Numbered from the stretch's first letter, positions 33,001 to 44,076 are shown. The stretch is 57,562 nucleotides of DNA from Nostoc sp. (GCA_036918135.1 JBALDB010000023.1:1-57562); one strand, 5' to 3'. Notes: generated by a model from the letters alone, not told the origin. A program made the numbers and translations.

Positions 33001-34781
33001 GACGTAACCAAAAAGAATTACTCAAAGAAATCGAGTCTGCGCGTAAAGGTGTAAATAACGCTTTTGAACGTGGAGGAGATTGGCAAACACCTAATGGTAG
33101 TTATTTTACTGCTAAACCACTGGGTAAACAAGGTGAAGTTGCTTACATTTATCCAGCAGCAGTCAATTCTTATCTTGGCATCGGTCGCACGCTATTTCGC
33201 TTATTTCCTAAAGTCTATAATGACTTAATGGTTAAAAGTATTTACAAACGTGCTGCTGATGTTGAACTGCTAGTTTTTCCTAGAAGTTTGAAGAAATTAA
33301 CTACTAGGGAACTAGAAACGCTAGAAAAGAAATTGCTAGATGATTCTCTAGCAATGTTTGAAGCCGAAATGTTTTGCACCAGATTACTGACTACAATTAT
33401 TCGTGATGATTTTCAAGTTAAACCTAAATATATTTTCGGGTATAGCTTGGGTGAAACAAGCATGATGGTTGCCCAAGGAGTTTGGAGCAATTTTTATGAA
33501 GGTAGTAGTAGTTTCAACTCATCAGCTTTATTTGGTGATAGGTTATCCGGGCCGAAAAATGCTGTACGTGAGTATTGGGGACTACCAAAAATTTCCTCGG
33601 CTTCCGACAATAATCTTTGGGGTAACTATGTTTTAATGGCTAGCCCGGAGCAAGTTAGGGAATGTCTAAAAAATGAACAGCGCGTTTACTTAACTCAGAT
33701 TAATACACCGGAAGAAGTATTAATTGCTGGCGAACCAGAAGCCTGTCAGCGAGTTATAAAAACCTTGGGATGTAATGCTTTTCCAGCTCCCTTCGACCAT
33801 GTGATTCATTCTGAAACAATGCGATCGGAGTATGGTGAATTGGTGAAATTAAACACACTACCATCAGAAAATATTCCTGACGTTGTATTTTATTCTGCTG
33901 CTGAATATCAACCAATTACACTTGAGAGCGGTGACATTGCTCGTAGTATTGCTACAGGTCTTTCTCAACAATTAGACTTTCCCAGGTTAGTTAATTGCCT
34001 CTATGCTGATGGTACCAAAATATTCATTGAAGCTGGTGCTGGTAATGTCTGTTCTCGCTGGATTGATAAAATTCTCCAAGGTAAAGAACACATTACAGTA
34101 TCTCTAAATCGTAGAGGTATGGATGACCATGCTTCTATTGTCAAAGCACTGGCAAAACTTGTGAGTCATCGGGTAGATGCAAATTTATCACCACTGTATA
34201 GTGTTGCACACAGTAGCAATCAAAATAAAGCAACTCTGAGAATTGTAACTTTGGGTGGACAGTCGATTACTGATATTATTTTGACTGAGGAAAATCGGCA
34301 AATCTTTAAAGATGCGGTAGAGAAGTGTAAGAGCGATCGCATCGAAAAACAACATCAAATTCTCCCGAATTTAGGTGAATCTTCGTTAGAAAATTCTGGT
34401 GCGATGTTCTCAGAAACAAGTAGTCATAATAACATTGCATCTTTCCACCTCAAACCTGAAAAAGTTACAGCGAAAAATATCATTGATAACGGTTTTGAAT
34501 TCAGAGAAGAAGTAAAATCTTCTGAGTCAATTGCAATTGAGCAGACAATCACTCAACCTAGCTTTTCTCCTCCAACCCTCACTCGCAACTTTCGTAAAAT
34601 TATCCACATGTCTGATTTAAATAAATCTCAGTATCAAAAACTCAATGCTAATAATTCAAAGATAACTAAAGCACACACAGCTTTTCTGCAAGCTAGACAA
34701 GAATTTAGCCAGCAAATGAGTGAAATTATTCAATTGCAATTAGCTTGCGCTCAAAATTTACTTGACGAAGAAACCAAATAA
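30033..34781 (+). CDS. hglC: PfaBC-like KS-CLF-AT; fused HglD/HglC
   Basis: KS1 DAACSSS / ECHATGT; second KS lacks the catalytic Cys (TAGENS), so CLF-like; AT GYSLG. Confidence 0.85.
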   Translation: MEKIAIIALSCLFPDAKNPEEFWQNIINEKDSTSSATIQEIGVNPEIFHHPIKGTPDKTYSLKGGYIRNFEFDPSGYNLPPELLANLDNTFKWSLYAAKQAILQSGYWGNQSVLAKCGVILGNLSFPTKLSNQLFSPIYQKTIAPALKELLQLPDLDLPTLPTANQASLYNAMISGLPAAIIAQALSLSRINLCLDAACSSSFYAIKLASHYLRSHKADVMLAGAISSADSLFVRMLFSGVQGFPENGISRPLDKSSRGLIPADGIGMVMLKRYSDAVRDGDKILATICGNGLSNDGKGKHLLSPNPKGQILAFERAYNEAKINPQSIDYLECHATGTLLGDTTEFNSIETFFGEHQAAPLIGSAKANTGHLLTAAGMVGLTKVILSMSHGVIPPTLNVTEPIASENSTISADKIVKTATAWPNNNAAIKRAAISAFGFGGTNSHLILEQGTTTELDNSIEPIPPVKLAIVGMDAFFGNCNGLDAFERSIYDGIQHFIPLPPQRWHGIENQENLLKEYGLANGKAPVGAYIQDFEIDTLACKIPPNEVDKLNPQQLLLLKVSDRALKDAKISEGSNVAVIIAAETELSVHQLQQRWNLPWQVKEGLLAQEISLPNQQQTQLETIVKDSLHHPVEIGEYVSHIANIMASRISALWNFTGPAFTMTAGENSALKALEVAQMLLATGEVEAVVVGAVDLAGGVENVLLRSQIAKVNTGTTTLSYDQNADGWTVGEGAGAVVLKRHDNALENAERIYAVIDAVSIGQAHSNIVDGETISQVCKQAFDIAGIQATQVNYLEVCGSGIPQEDAAEITGLLQAYPPVGDGLHCAIGSVKANIGHTYVASGIASLIKNALCLYHKYIPATPNWSGVKTPQVWQGSPFYVATESRPWFLGKNGTSRVSALNSIGYDGSFAHVILSEEGSQEERSSRYLAEKPFCLFPISADDSSSLFAALDIFQKTIENSAASLKATASEYFENFQKQSTAKYVLSITGRNQKELLKEIESARKGVNNAFERGGDWQTPNGSYFTAKPLGKQGEVAYIYPAAVNSYLGIGRTLFRLFPKVYNDLMVKSIYKRAADVELLVFPRSLKKLTTRELETLEKKLLDDSLAMFEAEMFCTRLLTTIIRDDFQVKPKYIFGYSLGETSMMVAQGVWSNFYEGSSSFNSSALFGDRLSGPKNAVREYWGLPKISSASDNNLWGNYVLMASPEQVRECLKNEQRVYLTQINTPEEVLIAGEPEACQRVIKTLGCNAFPAPFDHVIHSETMRSEYGELVKLNTLPSENIPDVVFYSAAEYQPITLESGDIARSIATGLSQQLDFPRLVNCLYADGTKIFIEAGAGNVCSRWIDKILQGKEHITVSLNRRGMDDHASIVKALAKLVSHRVDANLSPLYSVAHSSNQNKATLRIVTLGGQSITDIILTEENRQIFKDAVEKCKSDRIEKQHQILPNLGESSLENSGAMFSETSSHNNIASFHLKPEKVTAKNIIDNGFEFREEVKSSESIAIEQTITQPSFSPPTLTRNFRKIIHMSDLNKSQYQKLNANNSKITKAHTAFLQARQEFSQQMSEIIQLQLACAQNLLDEETK

Positions 34782-34877
34782 CACCCTGACTTCAACTATC
34801 AATAACTTTGTGTAGGGGAAAACTTCCCCTTCTTCCTTTTTCTTTTTGTAACGCTTATACTTTGAGGGACAACTGCT

Positions 34878-36551
34878 GTGACAACCGTAGATACGGTACT
34901 AAGTAAACACGATAATGGTCTAAATTTCTCTACTTGGTCTCATACTCAAAACCAAGTTTGGAAAGGTTCTTTAGAATCTATATCTTTTGACCAAGAAGCC
35001 ATCAAACATAAATTGATGGTATTAGATAAACCTTGCTACATCGTGAAAGTTGCTGGAAAAATCGGTGTCACAAATGAGGGGTATTTGTCCCCAGTTGATA
35101 ATACTACAACAGTACAAGTAGAACTGTTGACATTTGTTGCACCAGTTAAAATTCAACAGTTAGGAGATCCTAATTTTCTCTCCTTTCATGGAGTCAAATA
35201 TGCCTATACTACTGGTGCAATGGCTGGCGGAATTGCTTCTGAAGAAATGGTCATTGCACTGGGAAAAGCACAAATTTTGAGTTCTTTTGGTGCAGGTGGT
35301 TTAAGTCCAGACCGTTTAGAAGCAGCGATAAAGAAGATTCAACAAGCCTTACCTCAAGGGCCTTATGCATTTAATTTAATTCACAGTCCCAGCGAACCTG
35401 CAATTGAACGCCGTGCTGTAGATTTATACCTCAAATATCAGGTAAGAACGGTAGAAGCATCTGCATTTCTTGATTTGACTCCCAACATTGTCTACTATCG
35501 TGTAGCTGGCTTGGGATTAAATGACGCCAATCAAATTGAAATCAAAAATAAAGTCATCGCCAAAATTTCTCGCCGAGAAGTTGCTACTAAATTTATGCAG
35601 CCAGCACCACCCAGAATTCTTAAAGAACTTCTGGAACAAGGATTAATTACTGAATTACAAGCAACTCTCGCAGCTAAAGTTCCGATGGCTGATGATATTA
35701 CCGTCGAAGCTGATTCTGGCGGTCATACAGATAACCGTCCCTTAGTTTGTTTGCTACCTTCTCTTCTGGCGTTGCGGGACGAAATTCAAGCCCAATATCA
35801 TTATCAAATACCCATTAGAGTGGGAGTAGCAGGTGGAATTGGTACACCACAATCAGCATTAGCTAGTTTTATGATGGGTGCTGCTTATATAGTAACTGGT
35901 TCTATTAATCAGTCATGCATTGAATCTGGAGCTTGCGAACATACCAGGAAATTACTAGCTCAAGCAGAAATGGCTGATGTAATGATGGCACCAGCCGCAG
36001 ATATGTTTGAAATGGGAGTCAAATTACAAGTCCTCAAACGGGGTACAATGTTCCCCATGCGAGCGCAAAAATTATTTGAACTTTATCGCACTTATGACTC
36101 AATTGAAGATATTCCACTTGCAGAAAGAGAGAAATTAGAAAAACAAGTTTTTCGCAAAACTATTGCTGAAGTTTGGGAAGTAACTGCGACTTATTTGTCC
36201 CAAAGAAATCCAGAAAAACTGGGTAAAGCAGTCAATAATCCGAAGCTGAAAATGGCATTGATTTTCCGCTGGTATTTAGGATTATCTTCTCGCTGGTCTA
36301 ATTCTGGTGAAAAAGGTCGAGAAGTCGATTATCAAATTTGGTGTGGGCCGGCGATGGGAAGCTTCAACGATTGGGTACGAGGTTCTTACCTCTCTGACCC
36401 AAAAAATCGTCGGGTAGTTGATGTTGCTGACCAAATGATGAATGGTACAGCCTTTTTATATCGCATCCAAAGTTTGAAAATTCAAGGGTTGCAAGTCTCT
36501 GATTATTACAGTCAGTATCACCCAGTACGTTCTACATTAATGGAGATTTAA
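34878..36551 (+). CDS. hglA: PfaD-family enoyl reductase HglA
   Basis: [36 protein letters not shown] start with GAGG upstream. Confidence 0.92.
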   Translation: MTTVDTVLSKHDNGLNFSTWSHTQNQVWKGSLESISFDQEAIKHKLMVLDKPCYIVKVAGKIGVTNEGYLSPVDNTTTVQVELLTFVAPVKIQQLGDPNFLSFHGVKYAYTTGAMAGGIASEEMVIALGKAQILSSFGAGGLSPDRLEAAIKKIQQALPQGPYAFNLIHSPSEPAIERRAVDLYLKYQVRTVEASAFLDLTPNIVYYRVAGLGLNDANQIEIKNKVIAKISRREVATKFMQPAPPRILKELLEQGLITELQATLAAKVPMADDITVEADSGGHTDNRPLVCLLPSLLALRDEIQAQYHYQIPIRVGVAGGIGTPQSALASFMMGAAYIVTGSINQSCIESGACEHTRKLLAQAEMADVMMAPAADMFEMGVKLQVLKRGTMFPMRAQKLFELYRTYDSIEDIPLAEREKLEKQVFRKTIAEVWEVTATYLSQRNPEKLGKAVNNPKLKMALIFRWYLGLSSRWSNSGEKGREVDYQIWCGPAMGSFNDWVRGSYLSDPKNRRVVDVADQMMNGTAFLYRIQSLKIQGLQVSDYYSQYHPVRSTLMEI

Positions 36552-36553
36552 AA

Positions 36554-38068
36554 ATGACTTTAAAACAGTCTTTGACAGCAGCAGATATTCAACATTTTTT
36601 AGTATCTAACTTAGCCCAACTGCTAGAAGTAGAAACTGCTGAAATAGATATCGAAGAACATTTAGAAAACTATGGCTTGGATTCTGCCCAAGCAATGATT
36701 TTAGTAGGCAAGTTAGAAAAATTATTAGGGTTTCAACCATCTCCACTGCTGCTGTGGCATTATCCAAATATTGCAGCACTTTCACAGCGTTTAGCTGAAG
36801 AACTACAAGAAGATTCACAGGTTCAAGATACAAAAGTAGCATCTTCTAACGCCAATACTACGCCCTTGGCTTTAAATTTAGGTGCCGAAGCTCTTCTTGA
36901 CCCTACCATTAATCCTGGTGCTGCTGCTAATTTACCTCTAGTTGAACCCAAAAATATCTTTTTAACTGGAGGAACTGGCTTTTTAGGAGCTTTCATCATT
37001 CGAGAATTACTACAGGAAACCAGTGCGGATATCTATTGTTTAGTCCGTGCTGATAATCTGGAAGCAGGCAAGACCAAATTGCAAAATAATCTCGAACAAT
37101 ATGCAATTTGGCAGAAAGAGTATAATTCGAGAATTATTCCTGTTATTGGCGATTTATCTCTGCCATTGTTAGGTCTTGGCTTGGAACAGTTTCAAATCTT
37201 AGCTACCAAAATTGATAGTATCTACCATAGCGGTGCTTTGCTAAATTATGTTTACCCCTACTCGGCATTGAAGGCTGCTAACGTTCTAGGAACTCAAGAA
37301 GTTTTAAGATTAGCATGTCAAGTTAAGGTCAAGCCTGTACATTACGTTTCGAGTGTTGCAATTTTTGAATCACCTATTTATGCTGGAAAGGTTGTTAAAG
37401 AACAGGATGAATTCAATCATTGGGAAGGTATTTATCTTGGCTACTCTCAAACAAAATGGGTAGCTGAAAAGTTAGTTAAAATCGCCCGCTACCGAGGACT
37501 TCCTGTAACTATCTATCGCCCACCTCTGATTGCTGGAGATAGCAAAACAGGCATTTGTAATACCCACGACTTTATCAATTTAATGGCAAAAGGCTGTCTA
37601 CAAATGGGAAGTTTTCCTGATGTAGAATATATGTTGGATATGTCTCCTGTAGACTATGTTAGTAAAGCCGTTGTCTATCTATCACGCCAAAAAGAATCCA
37701 TAGGTAAGGCTTTCCATTTACAACATCCCCAACCTGCACCTTTAAAAATCTTAGTTGACTGGATACGCTCTTTTGGCTATTCAGTTGAGATGATTCCTTA
37801 CGAAAAATGGCAAGCAGAGTTAATCAATAATGTGTCTTCTGTAGACAATCCTTTATACACTCTGCGACCATTCTTATTGGAACGCTGGTCTGACGAACAA
37901 CTGACTATTCCTGATTTATACCTGCAAGCTAGAAGACCTCATATTAGCTGCCAAGATACGCTCCATGCTTTAGCAGGAAGTTCTATTGCTTGCCCCACTA
38001 TTAACTCTCAATTGTTTATGACTTATACCGCTTATTTAATTCAAAGTGGTTTCTTAAATCTCGCTTAG
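36554..38068 (+). CDS. hglB: ACP + thioester reductase HglB (HetM)
   Basis: N-terminal [21 protein letters not shown] reductase domain. Confidence 0.92.
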   Translation: MTLKQSLTAADIQHFLVSNLAQLLEVETAEIDIEEHLENYGLDSAQAMILVGKLEKLLGFQPSPLLLWHYPNIAALSQRLAEELQEDSQVQDTKVASSNANTTPLALNLGAEALLDPTINPGAAANLPLVEPKNIFLTGGTGFLGAFIIRELLQETSADIYCLVRADNLEAGKTKLQNNLEQYAIWQKEYNSRIIPVIGDLSLPLLGLGLEQFQILATKIDSIYHSGALLNYVYPYSALKAANVLGTQEVLRLACQVKVKPVHYVSSVAIFESPIYAGKVVKEQDEFNHWEGIYLGYSQTKWVAEKLVKIARYRGLPVTIYRPPLIAGDSKTGICNTHDFINLMAKGCLQMGSFPDVEYMLDMSPVDYVSKAVVYLSRQKESIGKAFHLQHPQPAPLKILVDWIRSFGYSVEMIPYEKWQAELINNVSSVDNPLYTLRPFLLERWSDEQLTIPDLYLQARRPHISCQDTLHALAGSSIACPTINSQLFMTYTAYLIQSGFLNLA

Positions 38069-38336
38069 TAGCCTAGCAAATTTCAGATTTGAGATTTTGG
38101 TTTTTGGATTTTATATTCAAAATCCAAAGTTTCAAAATCTTTAAAAACAAGCTAATTTATACTTTCGATTTTTTAGAATAAGTATGAAACATTACTGTTC
38201 TGAAACCTTACCTTTTTATGGGTAGAATTTCAAAAATTTTGAATTTTGAAGTCTAACTGCTGTTTAATAAATGTAAATTTTAAAATTTACCTCTTGACAA
38301 AAAAACAGTATACAATGGTTATTAGAGAATACAAAA

Positions 38337-38368
38337 TTTGAATTACTTACAAAAGTAAGTAGTTCAAA
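38337..38368. promoter_or_regulatory. Palindrome upstream of the hetN-like gene
   Basis: TTTGAATTACTTAC-AAAA-GTAAGTAGTTCAAA (1 mismatch). Confidence 0.35.
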
Positions 38369-38410
38369 TACATGTTGTAAATACAGGGATATTTCTTGAC
38401 CAAGTAATTA

Positions 38411-38576
38411 CTAATTCGTAATTCAATGGCTATAAGCCCTCACTAAATTTTTGATTTGGTGAGCAAGCGTCGTCTTGGCTATTTTCCCCATGAGTGACTG
38501 GCAAATCCATAGGGTGGTCAACAAGATAGTAGTGGGTTCAAGCCTCCACCAATTGTAATTACGAATTACGAATTAT
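38411..38576. mobile_element. MITE-like element with nested SDR
   Basis: TAATTCGTAATT ... AATTACGAATTA inverted ends. Confidence 0.5.
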
Positions 38577-38749
38577 TTTGATTTGCTTTTAAGCATCAAC
38601 GGTTAATTTTGAATTAACAAGCAAATTAAAGATTGTTTTGACTCAAGACGTTTTTTGTAGTTTGAGATATTACGCATACTTAATTGTAGATGAATAACCA
38701 CTGTCAATGGAAAACACTTTTATTCATTTAAATTCACCAACATTCTTAC

Positions 38750-39553
38750 ATGAACACAACACATCAAAAACCAAGCAAAAAAACAGCTCTCATTACTGGA
38801 GCAGCAAGTGGAATTGGCTACCAACTAGCATGTCTTTTTGCTGCTGATGATTACAATCTTGTATTAGTAGATAAAAATGGAATAAAGTTATTAGAAATAG
38901 CTGAAAAATTTCAGTTAAAATTTGGAAATTTTGTCAAAGATATTGTTAAAGATTTATCTATATCAACCTCTCCAGAAGAAATTTTCACAGAACTACAACA
39001 AGCCAATATTAAAGTTGATGTTTTGGTAAATAATGCTGGATTTGGTACTTATGGATTATTTAATGAAACAGATTTGACTGCTGAACTGGAAATGCTACAG
39101 GTAAATTTGGTGTGTCTCACCCATTTAACTAAGCTATTTCTCAAGGATATGGTTAACCAAGGTGAAGGAAAAATATTAAACGTTGCCTCGGCTGCTGCCT
39201 TTCAACCAGGCCCTTTGATGGCAGTTTATTTTGCGACTAAGGCTTATATCTTATCGTTTTCAGAAGCGATCGCCAATGAATTAGAAGGTACAGGCGTTAC
39301 TGTGACAGTTCTTTGTCCAGGTTCAACAGAATCTGCCTTTCATCAAAGAACCGGAATGGCAAACTCTAAAATGCTCAAGAGTAAAAGGATGATGGATGCA
39401 CAAACAGTAGCCGAAATCGGTTATCGTGGCTTAATGAAGGGCAAAATCATTGTCATTCCCGGTTTTATAAATAAATTACTCGCAAAAATTGTCAGATTCG
39501 TACCCAGAAAAATAGTAACAAAAATTGTCAGAAATATGCAGGAAGAGAAATAG
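38750..39553 (+). CDS. Short-chain dehydrogenase at the hetN position (lacks RGSGR)
   Basis: TGAASGIG, NNAG, YFATK; lies between hglB and hetI. Confidence 0.85.
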   Translation: MNTTHQKPSKKTALITGAASGIGYQLACLFAADDYNLVLVDKNGIKLLEIAEKFQLKFGNFVKDIVKDLSISTSPEEIFTELQQANIKVDVLVNNAGFGTYGLFNETDLTAELEMLQVNLVCLTHLTKLFLKDMVNQGEGKILNVASAAAFQPGPLMAVYFATKAYILSFSEAIANELEGTGVTVTVLCPGSTESAFHQRTGMANSKMLKSKRMMDAQTVAEIGYRGLMKGKIIVIPGFINKLLAKIVRFVPRKIVTKIVRNMQEEK

Positions 39554-39605
39554 GCTACAGGGGCAAACAAGAGAATAATTAATGACTAATGACTAATGAC
39601 CAATA

Positions 39606-40325
39606 TCAATACTGCCAACATTTTAAGTTCCAGCCAAAGTTCGCCACAGCAACAGCAGCAACATAATTGTTAGCAGGTACTAATTCAAAAAGACTCCAGT
39701 CTTGAGTTATCTGTAACTTGGCTGGTTTTGTCGGAGTCAGAAATACTTCAACTTCTTCTAGCTGGGATAGTCCGTCTCCGGTTGCTTTCAAATAAGCTTC
39801 CTTGCAAGTCCAGTAACGGAAAAAGACCTCTTGCTGTTGGTTTGAAGAGAGCGATCGCAACATTTCATATTCTCTCGGTAAAAAGAACCGTTTGGCAAGA
39901 GCTTCCAAGTCTGAAACCGGACGAATATATTCTAGGTCTACACCAATTTCACGCGTACAATTCACCGCACACAAAGCTAATTCTTGGGAGTGAGACAAAT
40001 TAAACTCCAGTCCCCGATCAGCAAATGTCTTTGCTAGCATTGGTTTGCCACGCTGTTGATAATTAAACTGAACTTCTAATGGCTTGATACCCAAGTAACG
40101 GCTTAGTATACTTCGCAGAATACCGCGACCGGCAATGAAACGCTGCTGATGTTGCTGAAAATGAAATCGTTGAGCGCGAATCATTTCATCATTGGAAAGA
40201 GTTGCTGCCAAATTTTGCAGTTGTGCTTCTGGTTGGTCGAGGTCTATGCGCCAAACATGAATCTCATCCGGTAATAGAGTTAAATCTATGGGTGCAGGTT
40301 GCCAAATTTCATTAACAGCGGTCAT
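39606..40325 (-). CDS. hetI: Sfp-type 4'-phosphopantetheinyl transferase HetI
   Basis: GKP, FNLSHS, GVDLE, WTCKEAYLKA motifs; synteny. Confidence 0.92.
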   Translation of the reverse strand: MTAVNEIWQPAPIDLTLLPDEIHVWRIDLDQPEAQLQNLAATLSNDEMIRAQRFHFQQHQQRFIAGRGILRSILSRYLGIKPLEVQFNYQQRGKPMLAKTFADRGLEFNLSHSQELALCAVNCTREIGVDLEYIRPVSDLEALAKRFFLPREYEMLRSLSSNQQQEVFFRYWTCKEAYLKATGDGLSQLEEVEVFLTPTKPAKLQITQDWSLFELVPANNYVAAVAVANFGWNLKCWQY

Positions 40326-40706
40326 TGAGTCAAAAAGTTAAGGGAGTTGTACTTTAGTAGTTTGTTTAATTACGACGAATTATTATCGGGGGCTTGGTTT
40401 GAGGCTTTAGCGCTACTATACTATACGCTAGCTCAGGCGATCGCTTCGCGGGTTCAACGCAAAGTCACAACTTTTTCGCCTATAATCTGGCAGCGTTGCA
40501 GCTAACCGCACTCGAACAATCACGCTTTTGCTATCTTAAATCCTTTGAGCGAGCTTTAGGAAATTTGCAAACAAGATATAGGAGCTATATATATCTCGGC
40601 AAAAATTCCAATCTCCTCAAGGATATATTTTTACAAAGATGTACTATAGCCAATTCGATTAAAGACAATTATCTCTCAATTTCTAGTCCAACTAATAGTC
40701 AACAAA

Positions 40707-40835
40707 TAAGTAGGTCGGTGTAAATAATTATCGTTGGGATAAGGCAGGGAGTAGGGAGCAGAGGGCACATGAAAAAAGGGTTTGAGCTTTATTTATTTTT
40801 TTCATACAGTTTAGTTTTATTGTATCGACTTACTC
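40707..40835. mobile_element. MITE (~130 bp)
   Basis: Imperfect TIRs AGTAGGTCGGTGTAAATAA / TTATTGTATCGACTTACT. Confidence 0.55.
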
Positions 40836-40963
40836 AATTAAAAAACAAATATAAAACCCAATATTTCACACCTCTAGCAGAAGCGCTTGTCCTTAATGTC
40901 TATACAAATACGTCTATTTTTCCTAAAATCTGCCCAAGGAGTTTTTAAATGTTAAGTCTGGCT

Positions 40964-40977
40964 GTAAACATCACTAC
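40964..40977. promoter_or_regulatory. Possible NtcA site
   Basis: GTA-AACATCAC-TAC fits GTA-N8-TAC; no clear -10 box at the canonical spacing. Confidence 0.3.
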
Positions 40978-41198
40978 TTAATACAAAGTTACAGATAGCT
41001 GCGATTGCTTTTGCTAATTAATATTGTAATTTATTAGTCTATATGTACGTGCGCCGTTTATTACTCTAGATGTACGATTCTTAACTCCAGCTTAAATCCT
41101 CTGAAAGAGAGTATGTTAAAACCCTTGACAGAGAATTACAAATTTTCTATTGGCTACAACATTAGCTATTACAGTATTACTCAAAGGAACTACGAGGA

Positions 41199-41468
41199 AT
41201 GTCTACAAGCGTTTTGCCAGTACCTAAGTTTTGTAGTGGTCAGATAGTCAGTTTTATTGGTGGAGAAGGCATCATCAAAAACTACCGATTTAAGTCAGGT
41301 AGCTGGGAATATTTGGTGGAAATGCCTATGGGGCCAAAGCCACAAATGGGTCGGGTTGGTTGTGAAACTATGATTTGGCTATCTGAAGTAGATATTTCTT
41401 CAGTAGTTAATAAGTATTCCGAGAAAGTGTTAAATTGGAAACAAAAAAACCTTGCCAAAGCTTGTTAA
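41199..41468 (+). CDS. Small hypothetical protein
   Basis: GAGGA upstream of ATG; beta-rich 89 aa (PKF..GQ.V.F.GG.G...WEYLVEM). Confidence 0.75.
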   Translation: MSTSVLPVPKFCSGQIVSFIGGEGIIKNYRFKSGSWEYLVEMPMGPKPQMGRVGCETMIWLSEVDISSVVNKYSEKVLNWKQKNLAKAC

Positions 41469-41510
41469 AAACCTATTAGAACTACTTTTTTATAGAGATA
41501 GTGAGGATGA

Positions 41511-41678
41511 ATGCTCGTTAATTTGGAGTACTTTGCTTTCTTTGTGCTGCTACTGACAGCCCTATTATTAGCAATTAAGCAAATGAGCATTGCTTTGGAT
41601 GAAGTAGATATTGAGCGCTTTACTCTCTGGACAAGTATTGCTTCTGTCATTGCTGGTTTACCAATAATATTGTGGTAG
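41511..41678 (+). CDS. 55-aa two-TM membrane protein (below ORF-track cutoff)
   Basis: GAGGA RBS; MLVNLEYFAFFVLLLTALLLAIKQMSIALDEVDIERFTLWTSIASVIAGLPIILW*. Confidence 0.7.
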   Translation: MLVNLEYFAFFVLLLTALLLAIKQMSIALDEVDIERFTLWTSIASVIAGLPIILW

Positions 41679-41846
41679 CTTCTCAATTAATGCCATCTTC
41701 TTGATTAGAGACTGATATCATGTCCGGTTGAATACTTATGATATCTGTGAGGGTCGGTAATGGGGAATGGGGAATGAGTGATGGGTAAACCTTCAATTAC
41801 TAATTCCCAATTCCCAATTCCCAATTACCTATTACGTTTTTCTCTA

Positions 41847-42911
41847 TTACTCTGTTCGCTTTTGCTCCAGCCATTGTAAAATCCGATTCCATGCCCACCA
41901 AGGGTCAGGGTCTTGTAATTGACGTTGGCAATTTTTGCTACTCATATAGCCAACATGACCCCCATAACGGGTGAGCAACAAATCTATTGCTGAATTGCGA
42001 TCGCAAGCAGCTTGCAATTCAGGTATGATGGCTGGGTGAAAAAGTGGGTCATCGGCAGCATAGATAATCAAAGTCGGTTTTGATATTTGCGGCAATATTT
42101 GTAAAGCGCTACTAGCTTGGTAATATGCTTCCACTGAAGGAAAACCTAGTCGGTTAATCACTAGTTCATTGTCGAAACCCCAAATACTGTTTGCCCGCTC
42201 AATCGCTTCTGGGTCAAAGCTTTCAGGATGAGCATCATGGAGTCGCCACGCCAGCTTTTTTAAATTCTTTGTAATCTCCCTTTCCAAATATCTGCCGAAA
42301 GGTTTTGTGACTAGATAAGATAGCGATCGCTCAGAATCCAAACTCGGACAAATTACCATACCACCGCCAATGTCGCTATCTTCAAGTCCTAAATCTTCAT
42401 GCCCTCTAATCACTTCACTAGCGACTTTTACCCCCCATAGTGCCAATTGCCCTCCTAAAGAAAATCCTGTAAACCAGAATTTTCCCGGACATCCCATTGC
42501 CTTAGCAGCAGCGGCAATGCGAACATAATCTTCCCCCTCATACAGTCCATCAGAAGTCAAAGTTGGCGACAAGTCAGCAGTTTTACCGTGGGCACGCCAA
42601 TCAAATAATACTATGGCGTAGCCTTGAGCATAGGCTTTACGTCCCAGCACTCTCAAAGACCATTCTGTCTTTAACTCTCCGGTAATACCATAAGTTCCAA
42701 TAATCGTGCTATGAGCATTTTCAGGTATAGCAACCAAGCCAAAAATTGGCACACCTTGCCCACCTATAAAGATTTTTTCGTGATAACACGGTTCTGGATT
42801 TTGATTAGTACTTTCCCAATAACGGCTTCCCCACAAAGCGGTGTGTACAGTCATAATTACACCGTTTTGTAAAAACCAAGACGGATTAAAGGGAGGAGTA
42901 TAACACATCAT
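41847..42911 (-). CDS. YheT-family alpha/beta hydrolase
   Basis: GFSLGG nucleophile elbow, DDP, GGHVG. Confidence 0.88.
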   Translation of the reverse strand: MMCYTPPFNPSWFLQNGVIMTVHTALWGSRYWESTNQNPEPCYHEKIFIGGQGVPIFGLVAIPENAHSTIIGTYGITGELKTEWSLRVLGRKAYAQGYAIVLFDWRAHGKTADLSPTLTSDGLYEGEDYVRIAAAAKAMGCPGKFWFTGFSLGGQLALWGVKVASEVIRGHEDLGLEDSDIGGGMVICPSLDSERSLSYLVTKPFGRYLEREITKNLKKLAWRLHDAHPESFDPEAIERANSIWGFDNELVINRLGFPSVEAYYQASSALQILPQISKPTLIIYAADDPLFHPAIIPELQAACDRNSAIDLLLTRYGGHVGYMSSKNCQRQLQDPDPWWAWNRILQWLEQKRTE

Positions 42912-43068
42912 AGACTATAAGATTTCGTTTAGTTAAGTCTTGATTTCACAGTCATTTAATCTTAATATTTATGTAAGATTTAAAATCTTTTTTTGAAATG
43001 ATTTAAAAATCTTTGTATCTATCAAAGGTTCTTATTTATCCTTAATAAGTAGTAATAATTTTTTAAGA

Positions 43069-43812
43069 ATGCCGAGGATTCTTGTCATAGACGATGACCC
43101 AGCGATTTCAGAACTAGTTGCCGTCAACTTGGAAATGGCTGGCTACGATGTTAGTCAAGCTGAAGACGGCATCAAAGGTCAAGCGCTGGCTCTCCAGCTA
43201 CAACCAGACTTGATCATGTTGGATCTGATGCTGCCCAGAGTAGATGGATTTACAGTTTGCCAACGCCTGCGTCGTGACGATCGCACCGCTGAGATTCCTG
43301 TGTTAATGTTGACGGCGTTAAGCCAAACTCAGGACAAGGTGGAAGGCTTTAATGCTGGCGCAGATGACTACCTCACTAAGCCTTTTGAAGTTGAAGAAAT
43401 GCTAGCGCGGGTGCGGGCACTTTTGCGCCGTACTGACCGCATTCCCCAAGCAGCAAAACATAGTGAGATTCTTAATTATGGCTCACTCACCCTCGTTCCC
43501 GAAAGATTTGAGGCTATCTGGTTCAACGAAACAGTGAAATTGACTCACTTGGAATTCGAGCTACTTCACTGTTTGCTGCAACGCCACGGTCAAACAGTTT
43601 CTCCCAGCGAAATCCTCAGAGAAGTTTGGGGCTACGATCCTGATGATGACATCGAAACCATTCGCGTCCACATTCGCCACTTGCGAACCAAGCTAGAACC
43701 AGATCCCCGCCATCCCCGCTACATCAAAACAGTATATGGTGCAGGATACTGTCTTGAGTTACCGAGTATACCTCCAGCAGCCGAAGGAACTCCTGCAACA
43801 GTGGTGGAATGA
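43069..43812 (+). CDS. rpaA: OmpR-family response regulator RpaA
   Basis: Characteristic sequence [10 protein letters not shown]...[16 protein letters not shown]...[13 protein letters not shown]. Confidence 0.92.
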   Translation: MPRILVIDDDPAISELVAVNLEMAGYDVSQAEDGIKGQALALQLQPDLIMLDLMLPRVDGFTVCQRLRRDDRTAEIPVLMLTALSQTQDKVEGFNAGADDYLTKPFEVEEMLARVRALLRRTDRIPQAAKHSEILNYGSLTLVPERFEAIWFNETVKLTHLEFELLHCLLQRHGQTVSPSEILREVWGYDPDDDIETIRVHIRHLRTKLEPDPRHPRYIKTVYGAGYCLELPSIPPAAEGTPATVVE

Positions 43813-43835
43813 AATCACCGTAGCAGTTCTGAGTA

Positions 43836-43870
43836 GTAGAGTAGTACAAATTTACTACTCTACAAATTTT
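43836..43870 (+). terminator. Hairpin terminator after rpaA
   Basis: GTAGAGTAGTA-CAAATT-TACTACTCTAC perfect 11-bp stem. Confidence 0.6.
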
Positions 43871-44076
43871 ATGTATAGCCGTAGTTACATAGGTTAGGAC
43901 ATGTGACAAGCATGAATGCTAGGGATAATTATAGTTCTACCTCCTGCCTCCTGCTATACTTTAGGGGGATGAAGTTTTTGGGTATGGGGTATGAGGAAGA
44001 ATTACCAATGCTCAATGCTCAAAGCTGCGGGTAACTATCCCATTCAACCCTCAGAGCATTGAAAGCTACCAAATAC

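Noticed and set aside
38294..38316. Sigma70-type promoter TTGACA...TACAAT
   Set aside because: Spacer is only 11 nt
40496..40723. 75-aa ORF
   Set aside because: TTG start, no RBS or recognisable motif, ends inside a MITE
41465..41686. 73-aa minus-strand ORF
   Set aside because: Antisense to the better-supported 55-aa plus-strand gene with an RBS
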